From assembly GCA_002403305.1 (NCBI GenBank), contig DHHM01000016.1, positions 58,482-122,481 on the forward strand: DNA of 64,000 bases, in the 5' to 3' direction. Below are positions 1 through 9,029 of this stretch, one piece after another. This DNA comes from Bacteroidales bacterium UBA4772 (GTDB taxonomy: Bacteria; Bacteroidota; Bacteroidia; Bacteroidales; VadinHA17). A program made the translations under genes and the position numbers. How positions within the stretch are numbered: position 1 is the first letter of the stretch; every line of letters starts with the position of its first letter. Below the pieces are notes generated by a model. It did not search any database. It had not been told where the DNA came from and worked only from the letters and a program-made list of their open reading frames with translations.

Positions 1-99
1 TCCGAATACTATCTGGAGTATGGCAGCAACGCTGACATGTTTCTTCATCCGGTTCTCTTCTACGGTTACCTGCGGCTGTGAGACGGTGTTCTCTTCCAT
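1..99 (-). CDS. N-terminal 33 codons of an unidentified CDS that continues past the left window edge
   Basis: Own minus-strand translation from ATG 99..97 gives MEENTVSQPQVTVEENRMKKHVSVAAILQIVFG with no stop before position 1. It is below the ORF-track size cutoff. No family can be assigned. Confidence 0.25.
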   Translation of the reverse strand, partial: MEENTVSQPQVTVEENRMKKHVSVAAILQIVFG

Positions 100-188
100 G
101 ATACAAAAGTTTTAATGTTCGAATGTTCTACAGAATAATGACACTAATTTATGAAAAATGCTGCACAGGGTATGTAACACTATTTTTT

Positions 189-196
189 TAATTTTG
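189..196 (+). promoter_or_regulatory. candidate Bacteroidota -7 promoter box TAATTTTG (TAnnTTTG)
   Basis: Exact match to the TAnnTTTG -7 consensus known for Bacteroides/Flavobacterium sigma-A promoters, about 20 nt upstream of cassette copy A1. No convincing -33 TTTG at the expected spacing. Confidence 0.35.
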
Positions 197-214
197 CCGT
201 TATCTGATGAAAGT

Positions 215-309
215 ATGAAACTTGCATGAGCAGTAACTCACAAAAGGAGTTTATTATTTAATTTCGTGCAAGTTCCTTTAAGCCGATGAAATAAACATGT
301 TATTATCAA
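215..309 (+). repeat. palindromic cassette copy A1 (95 nt unit)
   Basis: ATGAAACTTGCATGAGCAGTAACTCACA...TTCGTGCAAGTTCC...GCCGATGAAATAAAC. The left arm is the inverted complement of the right arm. First of a tandem pair. Confidence 0.9.
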
Positions 310-404
310 ATGAAACTTGCATGAGCAGTAACTCACACCGGAAAATGATTATATTTCTTCATGTAAGTTCCATTAGACCAATAAAATAATAATCAATTAG
401 CCTA
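310..404 (+). repeat. palindromic cassette copy A2 (95 nt unit), ends exactly at the ATG of the 405 CDS
   Basis: ATGAAACTTGCATGAGCAGTAACTCACACCGGAAAATGATTATATTTCTTCATGTAAGTTCCATTAGACCAATAAAATAATAATCAATTAGCCTA followed by ATG at 405. Confidence 0.9.
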
Positions 405-635
405 ATGAAAAGAAAGATTGCATATATCGCCTCCCTCATTCTGACGGCAAGCCTCCTGACATCATGTGAGATGCTGGGCGACAACTGCCAGATATGTCAC
501 CAGGTAACATATGACAACGGTAATCCGGTCAACTACGGTGATGAAACAGAACTTTGCGGAGACGAACTCTTCGCCGTGAAGGCCAATCCGGAAACTACTG
601 TCGGCTCTGTCACCATCAGATGGGTATGCTATTAA
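405..635 (+). CDS. small Cys-rich lipoprotein, unknown function
   Basis: 76-aa ORF. N-terminus MKRKIAYIASLILTASLLTSC has a signal peptide plus a lipobox-like LTSC. Four further Cys residues. Preceded by cassette A2. Confidence 0.6.
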   Translation: MKRKIAYIASLILTASLLTSCEMLGDNCQICHQVTYDNGNPVNYGDETELCGDELFAVKANPETTVGSVTIRWVCY

Positions 636-765
636 AAGGGCCCCGCAGCTCATTATCTGAATGTTAACATACTGCTTATTTTTTGTTTAAAAGTTGTTGT
701 TAATAAGTTGTTCCTAAAGTTGACATTTGGAACAGAATTCTTTAATCTTGTTAGCCTCCGCCGGA

Positions 766-773
766 TATTTTTG
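766..773 (+). promoter_or_regulatory. candidate -7 promoter box TATTTTTG
   Basis: Matches TAnnTTTG, 41 nt upstream of the response-regulator ATG at 815. Confidence 0.4.
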
Positions 774-814
774 TGATGAGTTCGGAACATTAACCCCGGG
801 TTCAATTATAAAAG

Positions 815-1219
815 ATGCTTGATATTACTGGCAAACGGATTGCGATCGTTGAGGACGATGCTGCATCACTGAAGTATTACGAAACACTGTTAAAGGATTC
901 CGGCGCTGTCATCTCCGTTTACCGTAACGGAAGGGAGTTTGTCGATGCGGTTACCTCAGGCAGGGAAAATTTTGAACTCATATTCATGGATTTTCTCGTT
1001 CCCCTTGTCAACGGCATAGAATGCACCAGGGCCTTCCGGCAGGTAAACAAGTCGGCACCCGTTATCCTCATCACCGCATACTATTCCGAGCAGACCAGAA
1101 ATGAGGCTTATATAGCAGGTTGCACCGAGTACAACCTCAAGCCGGTCTTTCCCGATAAGATCCACATGATTCTGGAGAAGTATCTCTCCCCGCGGCCTGC
1201 ATATCAGTCATACGACTGA
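815..1219 (+). CDS. stand-alone response regulator receiver (CheY-like) protein
   Basis: 134 aa. IAIVEDD...FMDFLVP...ILITAY...KP layout of a REC domain. No output domain. Confidence 0.85.
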   Translation: MLDITGKRIAIVEDDAASLKYYETLLKDSGAVISVYRNGREFVDAVTSGRENFELIFMDFLVPLVNGIECTRAFRQVNKSAPVILITAYYSEQTRNEAYIAGCTEYNLKPVFPDKIHMILEKYLSPRPAYQSYD

Positions 1220-1322
1220 GGTTCAGTCCACAGTCGGCAGTCGGCAGTCGGCAGTCCACAGTCGGCAGTCGGCAGTCGGCAGTCTGACAATAGCGACTGA
1301 GGACTGAAGACTGAAGACTGGC
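1214..1322. repeat. heptanucleotide microsatellite hairpin: gactgag-gtt-(CAGTCNN)x9-acaatagc-(GACTGNN)x4
   Basis: Nine direct CAGTCGG/CAGTCCA/CAGTCTG heptads (1224-1286) are followed by four inverted GACTGAG/GACTGAA heptads (1295-1322). The structure fills the whole gap between convergent stop codons at 1217-1219 and 1322-1324. Confidence 0.9.
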
Positions 1323-4300
1323 TACTGCCTTAGCGCCATATATTTGGCATATAGTTCATTGAACCCTGCATTAAGCTCTTCGGCGAGATCAGTCTCACCG
1401 TAGTCATAGCAGGTCTGTATCAGCGGTGAAACTATCTGGAGTGTGATAACAATCTCCTGTTCCGCGTACAGGGCAACGGAGGGCACCTGATTTATCAGGT
1501 ATTCAGCACGACTGAAATAATAGTCTGCCAGGCCTCGGGCAAGCTCATTGGCCTTCTCTCTTTTCCCGGCAGCAAAACAGACAGATATTGTCTCCGGCAT
1601 ATAAAAATCATATCCCAGCTTTTCTGTCGGGAAAAGTTCCAGGCATCTGTCAATGACAGCCGAAGCCCTGACGGTGTCTCCCTCCTCAAGCAAGGCTCCG
1701 GCCAGCCTGGCATGGTTGAGCCTTGCCCGCACCACAGTGAGAGTGCGCTTGTGGTAGTAATCTATGTTAACATCCGGGTCTGCAGCACCGCCCCAGACAA
1801 ATTTGTTCATCATGTTATCGTACAGGATGTCTGTATTTATACGGCCGTAATCGAGCCTTCCCCTGTTGACTCCCTTCACCGGCACCAGTCTGTAGGCAAT
1901 GCCTTCCAGCTGGAAATATTCCTCCAGTCCCATGGCATCGTCATGCTGTCCGGCCACAAAATATATCGGTCGCTCCCAGTCGTTGTGGGCAATGATATCG
2001 AGGACCATCAGCTGGCTCTTCATCAGCCACTGGCCTTTGAGGTTGATATCTATGTATGGCACTATTCTGTCTGCATCCTCTGGCCTGACGGTTCCGTTGG
2101 CCACCACTTTGGCCGAATCAACCGGGATGCGTATGGTACGTGTTGGGATATAATAAATCTCCTCACCGTACATTTTGAGTTTTGACACTTCGCTGCCGCT
2201 GTTGATGAACCTCATCACCTCCTTTGCCGTTGCCGGCTCTTTGACGCGTTCGAATACCGCCACCTGGTTGTTTACCCCGTCATAGTACAGTTTCTTGGGC
2301 AGGCTTATGGGCAGCGGTTCGGAGCTGTATGCCTTCATCTTCATCTGGTCAATATACCAGTCGGTGTTGAGCAGCATCAGGTTGCACACCCGCACATCGG
2401 TACGCATGCCTTCCACCTCCTGGGCATACCACAGCGGGAAGGTGTCGTTGTCGCCGCCGGTAAATATCACCGCCTGCGGGGCGCATGAGTGGAGGTAGTT
2501 GAATGCCACATCCCGGGCAAGGTACCTCCCCGACCTGTCATGGTCATCCCAGTTCTCGGCAGCCATCAGTGCCGGGACGGCGGCAAAGGCAATGACGGTG
2601 GCGGCGATGGCTGCGGGCTTCTCAGTCACCGCCTTTCGCAACAGCTCATAAAGTGCCAGTACGCCCATGCCTATCCAGATGGTGAAGGCATAGAACGAAG
2701 CAGCATATGCATAATCGCGCTCGCGCGGCTGGTTGGGAGACTGGTTGAGGTATACCACAATGGCTATCCCGGTCATCACGAAGAGCAGCGACACTATCCA
2801 CCAGTTGCGCACATCACGGTTGAAGTGCCACAGGAAGCCGGCAAGGCCCAGCAGCAGCGGCAGCAGGAAATAAGTGTTGCGCGAGGGATGGTTCCTCATG
2901 TCATCAGGCATATCCTTCAGTGAGCCTGTCCTTGGTGCGTCAATAAAGTTTATTCCGGTGATCCAGTTGCCGTTCACCGGTCCCCCGAGGTGCTGTATGT
3001 CATTCTGACGGCCGCTGAAGTTCCACATGAAGTACCGGAAGTACATAACCCCGAACTGGTACCGGAACATGAACTTCAGGTTCTGTCCGAAGGTAGGCAC
3101 ACGCAGGGTAGTCGGCTCTCCCGACTGCGGGTCGGTGACAGTGACCGCCTTTCCCCCGGTGCCGGCATACTCTTCATAAACCCTCCTGTGATCAGGTGCT
3201 TCGCTCCACATCCTGGGCAGGAAAGTCACGAACCTCTCATCATACTCGCGCTCGGTGGCACGGTTGGTGATCACATATTTGCCGTCAACAGGATTATAGG
3301 TAGGCTTACCCTTCGTATAATCGGTTATGGGGGCATTGTAATAAGGACCGGTAAAGAGGGGACGCTGGCCGTACTGCTCGCGGTTGAGGTAATAAAGCAG
3401 TGCGAATGGGTTTGACGGGTTATTCTCATTCATGGGGGTATTTGCCGTTGATCTGATGACTATGGTGGCAAACGACGAATACCCTATAACGATGACGGTC
3501 ATCGCCGTCAGGATGGTGTTAAGCGCCACACGCTGACGCGTTGAGAGGTACCATGCACCGTAGATGAGCAGGGCAAGGAAGAGGAGGTTTGCCGCCAGTG
3601 AGTCTGTCAGCAGCCACATGCCCGACAGCAGAAGTGTCACCGCCGCCAGCAGGAACCCCTTTCTGCCGTCACGGTGGGTAAAGGAGTACCATACCGAGAG
3701 GATCAGTGCAGTGACAAAAAGGAGCAGGTGAATGACCATGCCGCTGTTGAAGGGCATGCCCAGGCTGTTTACAAAGAAGAGTTCAAACTTCGAGGTGACC
3801 CTGAAGATCCCCGGTATAATGCCGTACATTATCAGTACCAGCAAAATCACTGATACACCGGCAGATGCTGCCAGTCCCTTCCATGAGAACTGATACTTGC
3901 GGAAATACCAGACAAATACTATTGCCGGTATTGCCAGCAGATTTAGCAGGTGCACCCCTATTGAGAGCCCCATCATAAAGGCAATGAGTATAATCCACCT
4001 GTCAGCATGGGGCTCATCGGCCTCATCCTCCCATTTGAGAATGGCCCAGAAGACCAGTGCGGTGAAGAGTGAAGAGGTGGCATAGACCTCGCCCTCAACG
4101 GCTGAGAACCAGAATGTGTCAGAAAAGGCATAGGCCATGGCGCCCGTCAGTCCGGCACCGAGAACGGCGATGATCCTGCCGGGGGTATAATCAGACTCCT
4201 GCTTCAGGAAGATCCTGCGTGCAAGATGGGTGACGGTCCAGAAGAGAAACAGTATTGTCAGTGCACTGGCGAGTCCTGACATGGCATTGATCATCATTGC

Positions 4301-4528
4301 CACCCTGGAGACATCACCGCCGGCAAAATTGGCAAAGAACCGGCCGAGGATCATGAAGAAGGGAGCCCCGGGCGGATGCCCGACCTCAAGCTTAAAAGCA
4401 GAAGCGATGAACTCTCCGCAGTCCCACAGACTGGTTGTCGGCTCCAGGGTCATAAGGTATGTGACCGCCGCAACGGCAAAAGCCGTCCAGCCGAGTATAT
4501 TATCCCAAAGCCTGAATTTTTTTACCAT
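1322..4528 (-). CDS. DUF2723-family large polytopic membrane protein (putative glycosyltransferase-like)
   Basis: N-terminal motif LWDCGEFIASAFKLEVGHPPGAPFFMILGRFF as I recall for DUF2723. Many TM helices, then a soluble C-terminal half. The ORF extends to 4606, but MVKKFRLWDN at 4528 is the likelier start. Confidence 0.8.
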   Translation of the reverse strand: MVKKFRLWDNILGWTAFAVAAVTYLMTLEPTTSLWDCGEFIASAFKLEVGHPPGAPFFMILGRFFANFAGGDVSRVAMMINAMSGLASALTILFLFWTVTHLARRIFLKQESDYTPGRIIAVLGAGLTGAMAYAFSDTFWFSAVEGEVYATSSLFTALVFWAILKWEDEADEPHADRWIILIAFMMGLSIGVHLLNLLAIPAIVFVWYFRKYQFSWKGLAASAGVSVILLVLIMYGIIPGIFRVTSKFELFFVNSLGMPFNSGMVIHLLLFVTALILSVWYSFTHRDGRKGFLLAAVTLLLSGMWLLTDSLAANLLFLALLIYGAWYLSTRQRVALNTILTAMTVIVIGYSSFATIVIRSTANTPMNENNPSNPFALLYYLNREQYGQRPLFTGPYYNAPITDYTKGKPTYNPVDGKYVITNRATEREYDERFVTFLPRMWSEAPDHRRVYEEYAGTGGKAVTVTDPQSGEPTTLRVPTFGQNLKFMFRYQFGVMYFRYFMWNFSGRQNDIQHLGGPVNGNWITGINFIDAPRTGSLKDMPDDMRNHPSRNTYFLLPLLLGLAGFLWHFNRDVRNWWIVSLLFVMTGIAIVVYLNQSPNQPRERDYAYAASFYAFTIWIGMGVLALYELLRKAVTEKPAAIAATVIAFAAVPALMAAENWDDHDRSGRYLARDVAFNYLHSCAPQAVIFTGGDNDTFPLWYAQEVEGMRTDVRVCNLMLLNTDWYIDQMKMKAYSSEPLPISLPKKLYYDGVNNQVAVFERVKEPATAKEVMRFINSGSEVSKLKMYGEEIYYIPTRTIRIPVDSAKVVANGTVRPEDADRIVPYIDINLKGQWLMKSQLMVLDIIAHNDWERPIYFVAGQHDDAMGLEEYFQLEGIAYRLVPVKGVNRGRLDYGRINTDILYDNMMNKFVWGGAADPDVNIDYYHKRTLTVVRARLNHARLAGALLEEGDTVRASAVIDRCLELFPTEKLGYDFYMPETISVCFAAGKREKANELARGLADYYFSRAEYLINQVPSVALYAEQEIVITLQIVSPLIQTCYDYGETDLAEELNAGFNELYAKYMALRQ

Positions 4529-4635
4529 AACTCTCTCTTTTCCATTTGCCGGTAATACCGCACGAAAATAATAAGATTTTGGAGTGGCGCGGTGGATATC
4601 AGCCATTTTTGGTATTTTTGAAGAAACCGCCCTGC

Positions 4636-7623
4636 ATGAGGAAATTCATTATTCTGCTCTTAGTCAGCATCATAACTGCTACGGGTGCTGTAGCGCAGTA
4701 TTATGATACGGGGCAGGATCCGGCCTCACTGCGGTGGCGTCAGATACGCACTCCCCATTTCCGCGTCATCTTTCCCGTGGATTTTGCCGACGGTGCCGCG
4801 GAATATGCACGGCTGCTGGAGGATTCATACAGCAGGCTCTCCCACCTCTATCCTGATGCCAACGTCTCCGTTCCGGTTATCATCCACAGCCACTCTATGC
4901 TCTCAAACGGCTATGTGAGCTGGGCTCCTCGCAGGATGGAACTCTATCCTATCCCGGGCCAGGATAACCTGCCGATGTCTCCTGCCCGGCAGCTTGCTGT
5001 GCATGAGACTGCCCACGTCCTTCAGCTGGCATCACTAAACAGGAGAGGGCTGGGGAGGGCAGTATGGTACCTCCTGGGAGAACAGGCTGTCGGGCTGAGT
5101 GCCGTGGAGATACCCATGTGGGCCTTTGAAGGCGACGCCGTCTATGCCGAGACGGTCACAGGAGTGTCAGGCCGGGGCCGCAGCAACGCCTTCATACAGG
5201 AGGCCCGGGCACTGGCGGCCGGCCCCGGTGGCATCTACGGGTATGACAAGATGCTGGCGGGATCGTACAGACACTTCACACCTGACCATTACGTCTTCGG
5301 ATACCTCATGATGAATCATCTTCACAACACCGACAGCAGCGCATGGATCACCGCCGTCAGGAAGGTGTCGTCAGGCTATCCCTTCAATCCCGTCAACAGG
5401 AGCCTCAGACAGGTTGCGGGACTTACCAAAAAGAGTCTTTATGATTCTGTTTTCGCGACGCTGGAGAGACGGTGGCGGGAGTCAGAGAGCCACCACGGCT
5501 ACACCGGTTATCCTGCGCTGAACCTCCCGGCCCGAAGAGACCACGTGAACCACTATATACCCCACCGCACAGCTGACGGCACCATTATCTCACTCAAAAG
5601 CTCCATGTCCGCCCCCACAAAATTTGTGATCACTGATGAAAGTGGTGGTAAAGAGCATGTTCTGACCACCACCGGTTATATTTATCCCTATATTTTCTCG
5701 TATAATGACAGTACTGTAGTATGGTCAGAACTGCACCGCGACATCCGGTGGGACAACCGCGATTACTCTGTCATCAAGAAGATGAGCCTGGATGGCGGAG
5801 GGATGGAGCAGCTCACCCGGCGCTCCCGTTACAGTGCCCCCGATCTCTCGCCCGATGGAAGAACCATTGTGGCGGTCTCAACCACTCCTGAGCTGCGATG
5901 CTCCCTGGTATTTCTCGATGCCTTCACGGGCGAAGTGCTGATGGACCTGGTACCTCCTGAAAACCTCTTCCTGCAGCGGCCGGCATGGTCATCCGACGGC
6001 AGTGCCGTGACGGTGGTGACACTCAGCGACAGGGGAGAAGGCATCCGTACCTACCGGCCGACAGGCAAGCGATGGAAGGTGAACATGGAAGAGAGTAATA
6101 CAGATATCATCCAGGCGGAGATTTACAATGACACCCTCTTTTTCCTGGCCCAGGGCGACGGCTCTGACAACATCTACCGCATCACCAATGACACCGTCGT
6201 CACCCGTGTCACAAGGTCGCGCTACGGTATATCAGGCTTTTCAATATCCGACGGAGAGATTCTCTTTTCGGATTACACTACGGACGGCTTTGTAATTGCC
6301 TCGGAGAAGAGCTCTGCCGATGCGGGAGAGCCGTCGGGCAGCATGTACGGCGTCATCCCTGACCCTGCACCTTTTCCGTCAGCCGACGCGGGAGAACCGG
6401 CATGGGCCGGTCGTGGTGTCACCAATGATGAGGCTGCCTCAGCAGGAGATACTGCAAGCAAACAGTATAGCGTCATCCCCGCTACGGCTCAGGCAGCCCC
6501 TGATGACAAAACGGACAGGTCTTATTTTCAAATGCCTGAGTCAGAACCTTACAGTAAGCTTGCCAATCTCTTCAACTTTCACAGCTGGTTTCCATTTTAC
6601 GGAGACCTTGACCTTATCACGACAGACCCGACGAGCATCAGGCCGGGGGTTACGCTGATGTCACAGAACCACCTGAGCACCCTGATAACCACCGTGGGAT
6701 ATGAATACAGCGACGAGACCCACCGTCTTCATACAGGTATAATATGGAGCGGATGGCACCCCGTGATAGAGGCTGACATAGCCTTCGGGGGTGACCGGAT
6801 AATCAGAAAGGACACTGCCTCCCGACCTGATCCTTCCGATATCAAAGGTGACATAACCGTCAATGCCAGCATCTATGACCAGCTCTGGTTTGCCTACGGG
6901 AAGTTCAGACAGCTTCTGATGCCTGCACTCTATGTCAGTTACCGCAACGCCTATACATATATCAGTGAGGAGCATGGGTACGACAGGGGATTTGCCTTCG
7001 TCACCGGCAGGCTTTACTTTTCCAACACCTTCCGGGTGGCATACCGTGACATCAACCCCAGGTGGGGGCAGGTAGCAGATCTCAGGGTGACCTCAGCCCC
7101 GCTGGACAGGGACCTCTACGGCACCAGGAAATATGCCGGGGGAACACTCTATCTCCCCGGCATCTTCAGGAACCACAGCCTGGTGCTCAGGGCCGGGTAC
7201 GAAGACCAGTCGCCCTTCGGTAAGATGCTCTACGGTAATGCCCTGTCATATCCAAGGGGATATAATGAAACAGTCGTGTCGGAAAAGCTCATCTCCCTCT
7301 CAGCAGACTACACCATGCCTCTCTTCTACCCTGACCTGGCGGTGGGCAGCCTGCTATATCTCAAGAGAATAAGAGGCTCGGCATTCTATGACGCCTCAAG
7401 AGGGGAAAACACCTACAACTACGGATCAGGGAGCTATGCAGGAGGACTCACCGGATACAGTTCATTCGGCACCGAGCTGCTTGCAGATTTTTATCTTCTC
7501 CGGTTTCCGTTCGAGATAAGCGCAGGAGCCACTGCCGGTTATATCCCCTCGCAGGAGCGCTTTTTCATCAACGGCACTGTCTCAGCGAATATCTACGGTA
7601 CCGTCCTGGGCAGAGAGCGCTGA
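4636..7623 (+). CDS. secreted multidomain protein: peptidase-MA-like N-domain, TolB/PD40-like repeats, beta-rich C-terminal domain
   Basis: Signal peptide MRKFIILLLVSIITATGAVAQ (start chosen at 4636 rather than 4546). HETAH plus a downstream WAFEGDAVYAE (gluzincin-like HExxH...EGxA). SPDG/SSDG propeller-like repeats. Duplicated SADAGEP low-complexity patch. Confidence 0.7.
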   Translation: MRKFIILLLVSIITATGAVAQYYDTGQDPASLRWRQIRTPHFRVIFPVDFADGAAEYARLLEDSYSRLSHLYPDANVSVPVIIHSHSMLSNGYVSWAPRRMELYPIPGQDNLPMSPARQLAVHETAHVLQLASLNRRGLGRAVWYLLGEQAVGLSAVEIPMWAFEGDAVYAETVTGVSGRGRSNAFIQEARALAAGPGGIYGYDKMLAGSYRHFTPDHYVFGYLMMNHLHNTDSSAWITAVRKVSSGYPFNPVNRSLRQVAGLTKKSLYDSVFATLERRWRESESHHGYTGYPALNLPARRDHVNHYIPHRTADGTIISLKSSMSAPTKFVITDESGGKEHVLTTTGYIYPYIFSYNDSTVVWSELHRDIRWDNRDYSVIKKMSLDGGGMEQLTRRSRYSAPDLSPDGRTIVAVSTTPELRCSLVFLDAFTGEVLMDLVPPENLFLQRPAWSSDGSAVTVVTLSDRGEGIRTYRPTGKRWKVNMEESNTDIIQAEIYNDTLFFLAQGDGSDNIYRITNDTVVTRVTRSRYGISGFSISDGEILFSDYTTDGFVIASEKSSADAGEPSGSMYGVIPDPAPFPSADAGEPAWAGRGVTNDEAASAGDTASKQYSVIPATAQAAPDDKTDRSYFQMPESEPYSKLANLFNFHSWFPFYGDLDLITTDPTSIRPGVTLMSQNHLSTLITTVGYEYSDETHRLHTGIIWSGWHPVIEADIAFGGDRIIRKDTASRPDPSDIKGDITVNASIYDQLWFAYGKFRQLLMPALYVSYRNAYTYISEEHGYDRGFAFVTGRLYFSNTFRVAYRDINPRWGQVADLRVTSAPLDRDLYGTRKYAGGTLYLPGIFRNHSLVLRAGYEDQSPFGKMLYGNALSYPRGYNETVVSEKLISLSADYTMPLFYPDLAVGSLLYLKRIRGSAFYDASRGENTYNYGSGSYAGGLTGYSSFGTELLADFYLLRFPFEISAGATAGYIPSQERFFINGTVSANIYGTVLGRER

Positions 7624-9024
7624 GGCCATCTCTTTTATCAACTCCCAGGCATCAATCACATGCTTCTCCGTCACGACAGTCTGGGCCGTCACCATGCGAA
7701 GCACATATCTTCCGTCAAGGATCGTGTGGGTAAGGTATATCCTTCCGCTGTCATTCAGTGAATGATTGAGCTTCTCATTGAGCCTGTCGGCCTCCTCCGG
7801 GCTCATGGGGGCAGGTTCATACCTGAAACAGACAGTATTCAGCGGTACCGGGGCCATGAGTCTGAAGTTCTCCTCTGCCTCTATGAGGCCGGCGAGCATC
7901 TTCGCCAGGCGGATGTGCTCCCTGATCATCGACTGCAGCTTCTCAACCCCGTAGGTGCGTATCACGGCCCACAGCTTCAGCGCCCGGAAGCGTCTTCCCA
8001 GCGGTATTCCCCAGTCGCGGTAGTCGTTCACCGCTCCCCGAGTACGTGTCTTCAGGTACTCCGGGAGAATTTCGAAGGTGCGTATCAGTGCCGCGGCATC
8101 GCGTACAAAATATGCTGAGCAGTCGAAGTTGGTGAACATCCACTTGTGAGGGTTGAAGACCAGTGAGTCGACATACTCCATGCCGTCAGCCATCCACCGC
8201 ATCTCCGGCAGCATCAGGGCTGTGCCTCCCAGGGCAGCGTCAACGTGAAGCCATATATTCTTCTCAAGGCATATCTCACCCACGGCACGCAGCGGATCAA
8301 TGGCCGTGGACCCTGTCGTTCCCATGGCCGCCACAACACAACAAGGTATGTATCCCTCCCTGATATCCCTGTCTATTGCCTTCCTGAGGGCACCGGGGTC
8401 CATGGAGTAGTCGCTCCTGACGGGTATCCTCACAAGATTGCCACGTCCGAAGCCTGCCACTCCCGCTCCCTTCTCCACCGACGAGTGTGCCTGTGTGGAG
8501 GCGTAAACGCGCAGTCGTCCCGAGGATGACATACCCTCACTGTTGGAGCTGTAGCCTGTCACCCTCTCGCGTGCCGTTATCAGCGCCGCCAGTGTGGCGG
8601 ATGAGGCGCTGTCGTGTATCACTCCCTCGAAGGATTCGGGCAGTCCTGTCATCAGGCGAAGCCACTCCATCATCCTCTCCTCCAGCTCCGTAGCTGCAGG
8701 GGAGGTCTCCCAGATCATGCACTGTGCGCCAAGGGCGGCGGTGAGCATCTCTGCCAGTACGGAGGGCGGACTGCTGTTGGCGGGGAAGTAGGCAAAGAAA
8801 TTGGGACTCTGCCAGTGCGTTATGCCCGGCATGATAATCTCGTCAAAATCCTTCAGGAAGAGGTCAAACGACTCACTGGCGGAGGGTGGTATCTCCGGGA
8901 GGGAGGCTTTGACAGCGCCGGGGGTCACACCTGATTTTACGGGATACTGTTCTACCGTCTCATAGTAACGGGCTATCCATTCAACAATCTGATGACCGTA
9001 CCTGCGAAATTCATCACTGTCCAT
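7582..9024 (-). CDS. PLP-dependent group II decarboxylase (aromatic-L-amino-acid/tyrosine decarboxylase family)
   Basis: 480 aa with the NPHKW PLP-lysine motif (VFNPHKWMFTNFDCSAYF) and overall DDC-like sequence. Starts 5 nt after the atpC stop. Confidence 0.9.
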   Translation of the reverse strand: MDSDEFRRYGHQIVEWIARYYETVEQYPVKSGVTPGAVKASLPEIPPSASESFDLFLKDFDEIIMPGITHWQSPNFFAYFPANSSPPSVLAEMLTAALGAQCMIWETSPAATELEERMMEWLRLMTGLPESFEGVIHDSASSATLAALITARERVTGYSSNSEGMSSSGRLRVYASTQAHSSVEKGAGVAGFGRGNLVRIPVRSDYSMDPGALRKAIDRDIREGYIPCCVVAAMGTTGSTAIDPLRAVGEICLEKNIWLHVDAALGGTALMLPEMRWMADGMEYVDSLVFNPHKWMFTNFDCSAYFVRDAAALIRTFEILPEYLKTRTRGAVNDYRDWGIPLGRRFRALKLWAVIRTYGVEKLQSMIREHIRLAKMLAGLIEAEENFRLMAPVPLNTVCFRYEPAPMSPEEADRLNEKLNHSLNDSGRIYLTHTILDGRYVLRMVTAQTVVTEKHVIDAWELIKEMASALSAQDGTVDIR

Positions 9025-9029
9025 CAGCC

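Noticed and set aside
215-229. Mini-ORF at the cassette head (ATG AAA CTT GCA TGA = MKLA stop)
   Set aside because: The stop position is not conserved: B reads 12 codons, F2 11 codons and C 25 codons. D1 lacks the ATG and D2 has GTG. The ATGAAA head may matter as sequence or structure, but a conserved peptide is not supported.
344-388. Possible leader peptide inside the cassette (ATGATT...: MIIFLHVSSIRPIK in A2, MIISLHVSSIRPIK in F2)
   Set aside because: The frame is not conserved. D2 and E2 start with TTG and hit TAA after 6 codons. B and E1 are shifted by one or two nt. C has no equivalent start.
640-760. Short AAGTTGTT-type direct repeats between the lipoprotein gene and the response regulator gene
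   Set aside because: There are only two to three imperfect 8-mers in AT-rich DNA. This is within chance expectation, and no dyad or phasing is present.
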